DNA from: a phage
NCBI GenBank assembly: GCA_012646185.1
Contig: GCA_012646185.1_4706.1
Direction: 5' to 3' (one strand)
DNA: 64,000 nt
The notes under the pieces are model-generated. The model did no database searches and had not been told where the DNA came from. It saw only the letters and a program-made list of their open reading frames with translations. The translations under genes were made by a program, and so were the position numbers. Of this stretch, positions 49,585-57,968 are shown piece by piece. Each line of letters starts with the position of its first letter. Within the stretch, counting starts at the first letter, position 1.

Positions 49585-50673
49585 ATGAGCGACCTGGCAA
49601 CAGACAATCGCACAAAAGGGAGTCAGCTAGCTCCAGACAACAACGTAAGCGTTTTCCGTATCTATGCCTTGGGTACTGTTGCTGCCGACTTTTCCAATAA
49701 AAGTCTGGAGGAAGATCCTAACCAGGCGCTGGAGGTCTTTCTTGATGAGATGATGTCAGGCGCTGATGGGAAAGTTGAAGCGGCGGGAAGCGTGAAAGAA
49801 GTCAGTGCAACAGACGCTCAAGGGAACAGCTATACGGCGAAAGCGGCAACAACAACCAGCGTACAGTGTTATTGGTTACCTTTCGGTAGTAACCGGATGA
49901 CAGCACCTAACTTGAGGAAAGGTCAACGTGTGGTGGTCTGGCGTACCGCCGATGAAGAACAACTCTACTGGCAGCCCAAAGGAGGGGATAGTGAGCTGAT
50001 GACCATGGAATCGGTTATCCTCACCGTCAGCGCACGTCCTAGCGCTAAGAAGGACCGTAAATCGATTTCAACGGAAGACTGCTATTACCTAATGGTTGAT
50101 ACCTTCCTCAAGAAAGCGGTTATCGGTACAAGCGCACAGCTTGGTGAAGTTACCCAAGTCTACATGGAACTTAATCTGGACGAGGGTTACCTACAGGTTG
50201 CGGACAGCGTCCATCAAAATCTGTTGTTACTCCATTTTGTCGAGCATATGCTGCGTTATCAAAATCAGGATGACAGCATCATCGACGTGACAAAAAAGAA
50301 CATCACATTCCAATGCGAGGATACGCTCAAAGCAATCGCTAAGAACGATATCCGAATGAAAGCAAAAAATATTTATACCGAATGTGAGAACTTTGAACGT
50401 ACCAGCAAAACAGAAAGCGTTACGAGTCAGAATGTTTCTTTGAAGTGTGATCGTTACACCGCGCAAGTATCAGGACAGACCACGTTTAAATGTCCGAATA
50501 CGGTATTCACTGGAGCTGTAAGCTTCACAGGTGAAGACGGAAACACGATGACGTTGAATGGAAACTTCATACACATCGCAGGCTCTTGGCGTTCACCAAC
50601 CGGAACAAACGTATACACCCACGATCACGGCGGTGTAGATCGTGGTAGCGGTCGCACAGACCCGTTCCAATAA
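49585..50673 (+). CDS. hypothetical protein
   Basis: 362-aa ORF, ATG with AGGAG RBS. Confidence 0.6.
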   Translation: MSDLATDNRTKGSQLAPDNNVSVFRIYALGTVAADFSNKSLEEDPNQALEVFLDEMMSGADGKVEAAGSVKEVSATDAQGNSYTAKAATTTSVQCYWLPFGSNRMTAPNLRKGQRVVVWRTADEEQLYWQPKGGDSELMTMESVILTVSARPSAKKDRKSISTEDCYYLMVDTFLKKAVIGTSAQLGEVTQVYMELNLDEGYLQVADSVHQNLLLLHFVEHMLRYQNQDDSIIDVTKKNITFQCEDTLKAIAKNDIRMKAKNIYTECENFERTSKTESVTSQNVSLKCDRYTAQVSGQTTFKCPNTVFTGAVSFTGEDGNTMTLNGNFIHIAGSWRSPTGTNVYTHDHGGVDRGSGRTDPFQ

Positions 50674-50699
50674 ACAAAAGAAAAAGAAATGCTATATAA

Positions 50700-50735
50700 C
50701 CTCCTTCCCTAGCCGTCAAGGCCGGGGAAGGAGGA
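50700..50735. terminator. bidirectional terminator hairpin, family 1 (loop inverted relative to 2558-2594)
   Basis: cctccttccctagcc gtcaa ggccggggaaggagg; inner 21 nt is the exact reverse complement of the inner part of the 2558 hairpin while flanks keep the same orientation. Confidence 0.55.
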
Positions 50736-50749
50736 TTATAGTTTATTTA

Positions 50750-51139
50750 TTAACGCGTTGCATTCTGGATGATTTCTTTTCCGATCTTAACCAAAGCGGG
50801 TATCTGTACAGCGGTTGCGCCTCGATGACGAAACGCGGTCGTTAACGCGGTATCGATACTCACCGCACGTCCGTGAAGACGATCGAAATAGACTTGAGTG
50901 ATTGCGGTAGCGTAATCCTTTCGCTGTTTCTTGGTTTGGCTCAACAGCACCGCACTATGACTAACGATGAAGTAAGCGATTAAGAAGAACGCTGCTGACC
51001 GCGAACCGGGTAGAAAACCTTGTCGCTTAGGGAGCATCTCACAATCGCGAACACTATTATCGTTCGCAAGATCTTCCATATCAACACAGCATAATTTTGC
51101 ATAGGTGTGGAGATAGTGGGTAAAAGTTGAATTTAACAT
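50750..51139 (-). CDS. hypothetical small protein
   Basis: 129-aa ORF, last in a run of small minus-strand genes. Confidence 0.5.
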   Translation of the reverse strand: MLNSTFTHYLHTYAKLCCVDMEDLANDNSVRDCEMLPKRQGFLPGSRSAAFFLIAYFIVSHSAVLLSQTKKQRKDYATAITQVYFDRLHGRAVSIDTALTTAFRHRGATAVQIPALVKIGKEIIQNATR

Positions 51140-51244
51140 TTTCTTTCCTCGATTACAATGAGTTCAATGTATAGCTTAAACGTCACAGAACGACGTATAA
51201 CAGTTTGTTTTAATTTCTAAGGGGTTTCCCTATCTAAGATTGAT

Positions 51245-51607
51245 TTAAAGCGTTCTGAAGAGTTCTGTCGCGTTCTCGTCACGTAAACAGGCTTCGTTCA
51301 ACAATTCAGCTAACAGCTTCGACCGAACTTCAACAAATGTCCTGAGGCGATGCTCCCATTCTAAACGGATGGTGTACGTATTATCCAGGTTTTTGTAATC
51401 AACGACAGATGTAGAACAACGGGCTTCGCGTTTGTTCACGGCACCCCAAACATCACGGATAACCGTCACGCCTTTCTTGGTGCATGTAAACGTTAAAATA
51501 AAGCGATTATTCGCAGCTTCTTCACGGACGCCAACAAATTCACTTCGTAACGATGAGACTTTGATCAGTCGGTCAATAGCTAACGATAAACCGATACGTT
51601 GTTGCAT
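51245..51607 (-). CDS. hypothetical small protein
   Basis: 120-aa ORF. Confidence 0.5.
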   Translation of the reverse strand: MQQRIGLSLAIDRLIKVSSLRSEFVGVREEAANNRFILTFTCTKKGVTVIRDVWGAVNKREARCSTSVVDYKNLDNTYTIRLEWEHRLRTFVEVRSKLLAELLNEACLRDENATELFRTL

Positions 51608-51608
51608 A

Positions 51609-52034
51609 TCAAATCCCCTCTTTCAGAATCTCATTAAGACCGTCAGTAATCCAGTCGAACTTCGTCTTAATCATGGCTGGGTTCAATCCATATACTTCCC
51701 ACACAAGCTGGGGTTTATGTGTTCCATCGTCCAAACAAAGCACATCGATTGAGAGTACCATACCACCCGTCAATTTCATGTTCTCGCAACTACGAAGATA
51801 TGCGGATTCTAGCAATACTTTCCCTAACGCAGTGCAAGCAAATGTTAACCGGGAAGAGTACAGGTACGATGACGTTTTACAGTAGGTTGCTGATATCGGT
51901 TGAATATGTTTGCGGAGTTTGGCGTCTTCACGTAAAAGCAATAACGTGTGATGTAACCGCGTATGCTCGGTAACCGATGAGCTATACTCACCGATACACT
52001 CTTCGGCGACTGATTTAGGCCATTTAATTTTCAT
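51609..52034 (-). CDS. hypothetical small protein, paralogue of 52050..52493
   Basis: N-terminus MKIKWPKSVAEE resembles MEIKFCKSIAIV of the adjacent gene. Confidence 0.5.
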   Translation of the reverse strand: MKIKWPKSVAEECIGEYSSSVTEHTRLHHTLLLLREDAKLRKHIQPISATYCKTSSYLYSSRLTFACTALGKVLLESAYLRSCENMKLTGGMVLSIDVLCLDDGTHKPQLVWEVYGLNPAMIKTKFDWITDGLNEILKEGI

Positions 52035-52049
52035 GTTCGATTCCTCGTA

Positions 52050-52493
52050 TTAACACTGTGTTCCATTCGATAAGCGGGTGGTATCAAAACGATCCAGTTG
52101 GTGTACAATGCTATCAGCAACACGATGCAAATAGTGTATTTTGTCCATTCGTGAAATCGCAGAAATCGTCCAGCAAGCCTCTGACGTCCAATAGGTGCCG
52201 TCTTCACTAAGGCTAACGTTATAAACTAACTTCGTCATCACATTTCTCGCCTTATGCTCAGCAGACCAGAATATGTTTTCTAACACATCCTTCCCCGTTT
52301 GTGAAAACACGAACCCAAGCTTCACGTCGAAGTCGGATGCTTCAAGATTAACGCAGTGAAGATGATTCTCTAACGGCGCAAAAGAGGCTAAACGTTCCAG
52401 CGCATGTTGCAGTGTGGGATGATCGAGCTTTTCGAGATCGTCCACAGGTTGTTCAGGTACAATCGCGATCGATTTACAGAATTTAATTTCCAT
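52050..52493 (-). CDS. hypothetical small protein, paralogue of 51609..52034
   Basis: 147-aa ORF; see neighbouring paralogue. Confidence 0.5.
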   Translation of the reverse strand: MEIKFCKSIAIVPEQPVDDLEKLDHPTLQHALERLASFAPLENHLHCVNLEASDFDVKLGFVFSQTGKDVLENIFWSAEHKARNVMTKLVYNVSLSEDGTYWTSEACWTISAISRMDKIHYLHRVADSIVHQLDRFDTTRLSNGTQC

Positions 52494-52605
52494 GGTAGGT
52501 TCCTCTTGATAGTGGTTGATGATAGTAACGGGGACGGCGATGTCCCCTTGGTTTCTTATTGCCCCGCCCGAACCCGATGGGGTACAGGCGGGTGATGTTG
52601 ATGCG

Positions 52606-53013
52606 TTATAGCGGCATCAGACGTTCTTTAAGTTGGGTTAACTTATTTGCAACGATGTTCTCAACGTCGATCATCTTGTTCATGTTGTCGAGGGTATCCT
52701 GCCAGATGAAAATATCCACGGAACCGGTTCCGACTAACGCGTTCTCAGGACGATGGTCACGGGTCACGTAGCGTGGTCTCTGCGGGCAGGTTTGTAACTC
52801 GATCCAAAGCGCATCTAACGGACCGTGGTCCGTGACACCTAAGGCGAAGAATTCACCTCGTACGACCAGAACATCATCAGCCGTCCTGACACGGGTTGAT
52901 CCTTCGTACACCAATTCCATCTTTGCTCGACAGGCTGGGTTCTCGTTCCACGCCTGGACGGCATCGGCAAGGGCTATTGACGTTGCGGTGGTGTTCGTTT
53001 GATCATGTTGCAT
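52606..53013 (-). CDS. hypothetical small protein
   Basis: 135-aa ORF. Confidence 0.5.
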   Translation of the reverse strand: MQHDQTNTTATSIALADAVQAWNENPACRAKMELVYEGSTRVRTADDVLVVRGEFFALGVTDHGPLDALWIELQTCPQRPRYVTRDHRPENALVGTGSVDIFIWQDTLDNMNKMIDVENIVANKLTQLKERLMPL

Positions 53014-53091
53014 TCTAAGCTCCTCAATCGTTCTACAACGAACTTTTAATGGAAGGGAATATGTTTCCCTTCCTTGGGTTAGGTTATTGCG

Positions 53092-53367
53092 TTACACGGC
53101 TTTACAGCTTGCGTAAACCACAACTGTTCCGTTGTTGATTGCTTCAACCACATCCCGGGTTAACACAACGGCGTTATCGCTTCGAGACGACGGTGCGTAA
53201 TACCCTTCACCGTTCTCGGTAATCAGGCGATAACGGACTAAGCCTATGCTCGGTTCAACACGTAGCACCTTCTCAAGTTTGTATTTGATGATCTTCGTCA
53301 GGCTGACTGTGTCTGACGCGTAGATTGCTTTATAAACCTTGTTCTTTGCTGTCGGTTTCATCAACAT
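53092..53367 (-). CDS. hypothetical small protein
   Basis: 91-aa ORF. Confidence 0.45.
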   Translation of the reverse strand: MLMKPTAKNKVYKAIYASDTVSLTKIIKYKLEKVLRVEPSIGLVRYRLITENGEGYYAPSSRSDNAVVLTRDVVEAINNGTVVVYASCKAV

Positions 53368-53407
53368 GATTTCTGTTGTATTTTCCTTTTCGCTTGTTGG
53401 TGTTGGA

Positions 53408-53707
53408 TTAAGGTTTAGGTTCCGTTTTGTATTGTGCGAGTAATGTGTTGATCTGCTCCCGTTGTTCTTTTAAGTATGCGGGAAGCTGGTCTTCCCGTAC
53501 CGTTCCGATTTCCAACGTGATGTACCAGCGTTGTTCGGAAGCCTGCCATTGAAAACTGCTCTGTAGCCGTAGGATGCTAGGATCACGTACCTTGCTTGCA
53601 CTGTAGTGATCGAACCAATCCAGGTATTCTGCTTTCCCTTCCTCATCGGCAACGTAACGCTGCACGCTGTTCTTCCCTTTGTTTTCGTATCCCGTTGCAC
53701 GTATCAT
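53408..53707 (-). CDS. hypothetical small protein
   Basis: Start reassigned to ATG at 53707, forming an ATGA overlap with the upstream stop. Confidence 0.45.
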   Translation of the reverse strand: MIRATGYENKGKNSVQRYVADEEGKAEYLDWFDHYSASKVRDPSILRLQSSFQWQASEQRWYITLEIGTVREDQLPAYLKEQREQINTLLAQYKTEPKP

Positions 53708-54486
53708 GCGAACGTTTCTCCTGTAATGTGTTGCGGATGGCGTAGCATGGTAGCATCCCATTGTACGATCCGGCTCCGGCTTACCAGCATCATGACGGAT
53801 TCATCGTCAAGCCCTGGCTGCGCAACCGGCAACCAACGTTCGTTAAGCACCTTCGCTTCAACACGTTTCTTGCGGGGATTGTAGCGCACTTCGCTAACCC
53901 AAGCGAATCCAAGTGGATGCACAACCCGTGGATAATACATGCGAAGCAATTGATGCATCCGATCCGTTGCCTCCAGATTGCAATCCACCATGTAAGGTTT
54001 CACCATGGTAAGCTTTTTGGTGTAATACGTTCCAACGGTATGGTTACGCCAACTTGGCAAGGCATGATCCCCTTCTCTCAGTTTGCTATCCGAGTTCATC
54101 GGCCAGACCTGCTGTTTACCGGCCAGCATCGCGTACTGCCGATCAACGCAACGAACCTGATCGGCGAACAATGGATCCAGAACATCATCCACCGCACCCT
54201 TATTGCGATAACCGTGATGTACCACCAACCTGCTTGCGCTCATCGATGCGGGATGCTGGCTCTTATGCGCATACAGCCCACCGTCACCGCGAGGGTCGTA
54301 AAGATAGCCGCATGCGCCACGCCATATCACCTTGCCTACGGTTCTCTCGTTTTCAAGCAGCATCGTCGGCCCATCAAGCAAATTGGTGAACCACTGCACC
54401 TTCACGCATTCCGCTTGGACATGCTCAGGTAATGCCTGATACTCTTTTTGGGTGTATAAGGTATCAAAAATGATTTCATCGTTCAT
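53704..54486 (-). CDS. hypothetical protein
   Basis: 260-aa ORF with GAGGAA RBS; first gene after the promoter motif at 54577. Confidence 0.55.
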   Translation of the reverse strand: MNDEIIFDTLYTQKEYQALPEHVQAECVKVQWFTNLLDGPTMLLENERTVGKVIWRGACGYLYDPRGDGGLYAHKSQHPASMSASRLVVHHGYRNKGAVDDVLDPLFADQVRCVDRQYAMLAGKQQVWPMNSDSKLREGDHALPSWRNHTVGTYYTKKLTMVKPYMVDCNLEATDRMHQLLRMYYPRVVHPLGFAWVSEVRYNPRKKRVEAKVLNERWLPVAQPGLDDESVMMLVSRSRIVQWDATMLRHPQHITGETFA

Positions 54487-54569
54487 TTAAAAAGTTCCTC
54501 TGTTTTTCACGTTAATTAAACAACGTATTGATTTCTATTTGACGCAATACGAACATTGTACGTATGCAT

Positions 54570-54610
54570 CACTAAGGTAATATAGTCGTGAAAGGATTTG
54601 TGTTACAGAA
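54570..54610 (-). promoter_or_regulatory. early-type promoter candidate (CTATATTACC motif)
   Basis: Minus strand reads AATCCTTTCACGACTATATTACCTTAG. Confidence 0.5.
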
Positions 54611-54901
54611 AGGGTTTTGTTGTGTTTTAAGAAGGGATGGATTTAGAAGAGGTGTTTCATGGAAGGTAAACGAGGATAGGTATTTTGATTTAAGTAAGTA
54701 AGATGTTATCTGTATTCGTTAAAAGTGTATTGTTTATCTTAGGTTATGTCTTATTGTTTAATCGTTTAATATTTTTATCTAAGTAGGTTTAACTCTATCT
54801 TGTTTGTATATTTAAATTAAATCAATAAGCTTATCTTCAAAACAATGGATAACATGTGTTTACTACCTTAACGGTAACACATGTCATCTGTGCATTACAC
54901 T

Positions 54902-55110
54902 CCGTTATCACTTCGTTACATGCTTATAAGTTGGATAACTCAAAAAAACATTTGTGATACTCTTCTTCACGTTGTTCATCAGAGTATCTCGTCTATACTC
55001 ATTGCATTCGTATACGACATAACCGTTATACGCTAACGCTACGCTTATAGCTTGATAACTCTAAGGATAAAAACATAAACTCGCTTCGCTCGTTTAGTTT
55101 TTCTTTTTCT
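54902..55110. repeat. imperfect ~45-bp direct repeat pair plus a 12-bp inverted repeat in an AT-rich non-coding region
   Basis: ccgttat...gcttataRSttgGataactc at 54902-54940 and 55023-55066; gataactctaag at 55055-55066 and its reverse complement cttagagttatc at 55099-55110. Confidence 0.5.
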
Positions 55111-55287
55111 TAGAGTTATCCTGTTGCTCGTCTCTAAAGGACTTCGCTCCTCCCCCGTCCCCCGAAGGGGCCGGAGTCGTGGAAATTTTACTTTCCAAAT
55201 ACATTTACAACATCTGTAAACTTTTACTCCAGGTACTTAATCTTATCATTAGAAATTATAAAGAGAAGAATAAACACAAACATAAAC

Positions 55288-55319
55288 CTTCCTCCAACCC
55301 AACAGGGAAGGAGGAAGGG
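55288..55319. terminator. terminator hairpin, family 2 variant (inverted copy of the 39513 element)
   Basis: ccttcctcc aacccaacagggaa ggaggaagg; loop is the reverse complement of the 39522-39535 loop, stems differ by compensatory changes. Confidence 0.5.
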
Positions 55320-55334
55320 AGAGCTTGATTTTAA

Positions 55335-56228
55335 TTAATCGGCGGTGTTATAACCGAATACTGCTTTACCGTAGGTGTGAGTACCGTTAGCTAACGACAG
55401 CACCAGCACATGGTTGTACGTAGCGTTAACGCCCTTGTCAGTAGACTCGGTGGTAGCACCGTTATAGACAAAGGTAGCCGTTTGCAGATTGGCTTTCAGC
55501 TCGGTGATGATCTCATCACTGACACCTGTCTGCTCTTTGATCAGCGTAGTCAGGTTACCTGCCAGGCTTGCATCGATATTTACTTCGTTGCCAGTAATAG
55601 CTTGTAAACCTGCGGTGTAAGTACTGAAGTCTAACGGATAGGTTAACAGACGTGCTGACGTTTTGGTACCATCGCCATCATCAACGTAGGTTAAGTTACC
55701 CAGGTTGGTAACCTTGATGATGTTAGCCAGATCCAGCGTGGTGTTATAAACTTTAACTTGAACAGAGCCATACCACGCCAACGAATCTTCTTTGGCTTCC
55801 AGGGTGATCGTCTGGATACCATGCTGGTCGAAGGTAACCGGCGTAGCTAACGTTTCGGCTTTGATGTCTTTATCTTTATCCAGGAACTTCTCACCGGTCG
55901 GCGTGATCATACCGTAGCGTTGAGCTACAAGGTCAACCACATCACCGATGGTGGTGTCAGCAGTAACGTTAACACGTACAGCGATTTTCTGGAACCACTT
56001 AGCCAGATCCAGACGATGGTAGGTAACATCGCGGTTATTGAAGTAAGGTGTACCATCACCAGGGCTAAGCGTTAAAGTTGCTTCTGGAGCAGAAGCGCTT
56101 TTGGATTTAAGAACGTATTTAAGATCACTGTATTGGAAGCTGGCACCAGTGTCGGCGTTGAGCTGATTGATCTCATCAACGATAAGTTGCCAAGGTGTTT
56201 TTAAAGTAAGCGATACTTGAGTTGCCAT
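55335..56228 (-). CDS. hypothetical protein, likely abundant structural protein
   Basis: 297-aa ORF with GAGG RBS and strongly biased codon usage. Confidence 0.55.
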   Translation of the reverse strand: MATQVSLTLKTPWQLIVDEINQLNADTGASFQYSDLKYVLKSKSASAPEATLTLSPGDGTPYFNNRDVTYHRLDLAKWFQKIAVRVNVTADTTIGDVVDLVAQRYGMITPTGEKFLDKDKDIKAETLATPVTFDQHGIQTITLEAKEDSLAWYGSVQVKVYNTTLDLANIIKVTNLGNLTYVDDGDGTKTSARLLTYPLDFSTYTAGLQAITGNEVNIDASLAGNLTTLIKEQTGVSDEIITELKANLQTATFVYNGATTESTDKGVNATYNHVLVLSLANGTHTYGKAVFGYNTAD

Positions 56229-56369
56229 TTTCTACCTCTATGGTTGTTACATCACTCTCAAAAGATGTAACTGTTTACAGAAATTAATATATTTTATATT
56301 AACGTAAATAATATGGAGAACGACTCCGAATCTCCTTTTCGACCATCAAAAATCAGAGGACACATTATC

Positions 56370-56912
56370 ATGGCCTTAGACTTTAACAAAGCAGCGAAAT
56401 CCCTTCTGCTTGATCTTATCAACACCAAAGCAACCCGCCCACTGACTGAAGAAGAACTGCAGTTCGGTACTCCGGGAGCATCTTCCGAACATGAAAAGAA
56501 CACCGTTATTCAGCTGGATGCTGCAGTTGGTGCAGAAAACCTGCAGGGTAGTCAGCAGTTCTACTACGATCGTCTGGCTCTGTCCGAAGTTTTCGCTGAA
56601 GTAACCGGCGATGTTACTTTCGAACTGCCGCACGGTACCGACAGCATCCAGGCTTCTGAACTGGTAAGCAAGCTGGTCACCAAATTCGGCCTGGCTTCCC
56701 TGACCGGTGAAATCAAAGAAGAAACCTTCCAGCTGTCTGCAGGTACTGTTGCTCAGGTAACTCTGAACGCGATCGAGAACGGTCTGGTATATACCGGCAC
56801 TCTGCAGGTTGCCCTGACCTATGCAGCAGCACCGAAAGACCAACTGGCAACCGTTCTGGCGGATAACGTAGCTGATGGCTTCGTGAAACCGACCGTTAGC
56901 GTTGTTGGCTAA
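56370..56912 (+). CDS. hypothetical protein, likely abundant structural protein
   Basis: ATG at 56370 with AGAGGA RBS; strongly biased codon usage; divergent from 55335..56228. Confidence 0.55.
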   Translation: MALDFNKAAKSLLLDLINTKATRPLTEEELQFGTPGASSEHEKNTVIQLDAAVGAENLQGSQQFYYDRLALSEVFAEVTGDVTFELPHGTDSIQASELVSKLVTKFGLASLTGEIKEETFQLSAGTVAQVTLNAIENGLVYTGTLQVALTYAAAPKDQLATVLADNVADGFVKPTVSVVG

Positions 56913-57107
56913 TAAGCACATAGAGCAATAGTATGGGTTTTGTACAGCTCGGCTATTGCTCTTCTACAATTTGGTTGTAACAATCTGCGTGGTTGCACGC
57001 TTATCTTTCTCATTGAGCGCTTCGTATGAAGCGTGGTGTTGAAAGGGTTGTGGATCTCCTCAAGCGGCCAGGGACCCAGACCAACCTGAATAAACACGAA
57101 CACCTGT

Positions 57108-57146
57108 TAAGCCCCTCCTCATCCGTTATTGGGTGAGGAGGGGTCT
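57108..57146. terminator. hairpin, candidate bidirectional terminator
   Basis: cccctcctca ... gtgaggagggg between convergent genes; a second hairpin agagcaatag...ctattgctct lies at 56916-56960. Confidence 0.45.
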
Positions 57147-57206
57147 TATACGTCTTTATGCGTTCCGTTCGTTCTGGAGCGTTTTAGGACGGTTTACGGC
57201 AGGGTT

Positions 57207-57842
57207 TTATTCAACACTGAAACCGTTCAAACGAATAGCTTCATAACGCTTACGTTCACGTCGTTTACGCGCCTGCCAGCCGTAAATGAACTTCTCGTCT
57301 TTCTCACGACGTTCAGCTAATTCGATGTAATAGGTGCTCTGCATGTCCAGCATCGCGTCGATGAGATAATCCTTACCGGTTGCACCACGCTTAGAGATGT
57401 AAGCATCAAGAGCTGCCAGTGATTTGGGGCCCATTGCACCATCAGCATCAATATCTTTCCAGTAAGTTTGACGGTTATTCATGACGTTCAGATAACGCTG
57501 GAGGTTCTTAACCGCAACCGTTTTACCTGCATTGATACCCAGGTCAAAGAGACGGTCAGCTAAAAACACAGAACGTTTCATGACTTCGTCAAGTTTCATC
57601 TTATCCCAGAAGTGGGTCTTGTAGATAAAGAACGCCATTTCCGTGGTAAGGTTACGCATGTTACCGTCCCAGCCGAATTTCGTTTTCAGCGTGGTTTTGT
57701 ATTGATTGGCAAGCGCTTGCGTCACGCCGTGGTTCGTGATTCCGCCCGAGTCATCTGGATCGTCGACATAACCTGCCTCGATGCTGGTCTTGTCGCGAAT
57801 GATGAATTCGCAGGTGAAATCTTTTTCAGTAATCTTAGCCAT
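57207..57842 (-). CDS. endolysin, GH108-type muramidase with C-terminal peptidoglycan-binding domain
   Basis: ATG with GAGGAG RBS. N-terminal EAGYVDDPDDSGGITNHGVTQ matches the GH108 signature; C-terminal half resembles a PG_binding_3-type domain. Confidence 0.65.
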   Translation of the reverse strand: MAKITEKDFTCEFIIRDKTSIEAGYVDDPDDSGGITNHGVTQALANQYKTTLKTKFGWDGNMRNLTTEMAFFIYKTHFWDKMKLDEVMKRSVFLADRLFDLGINAGKTVAVKNLQRYLNVMNNRQTYWKDIDADGAMGPKSLAALDAYISKRGATGKDYLIDAMLDMQSTYYIELAERREKDEKFIYGWQARKRRERKRYEAIRLNGFSVE

Positions 57843-57968
57843 TAGAACTCCTCGTTGGAATAACGATTTAGAGGAACAGGAAGGGTCTAGAACGCGATAA
57901 ACGATTTAATCCAAGCAAACCCCAGACTAAACTTTTCGAAGCGTTAGAACGCGTTCTAGAGTGCAATA

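Noticed and set aside
54487-55334. tRNA or small protein gene in the long AT-rich region
   Set aside because: No cloverleaf-compatible sequence with T-arm GTTCRANYC and CCA-proximal acceptor pairing was seen, and no ORF with RBS longer than a few codons; left as non-coding.
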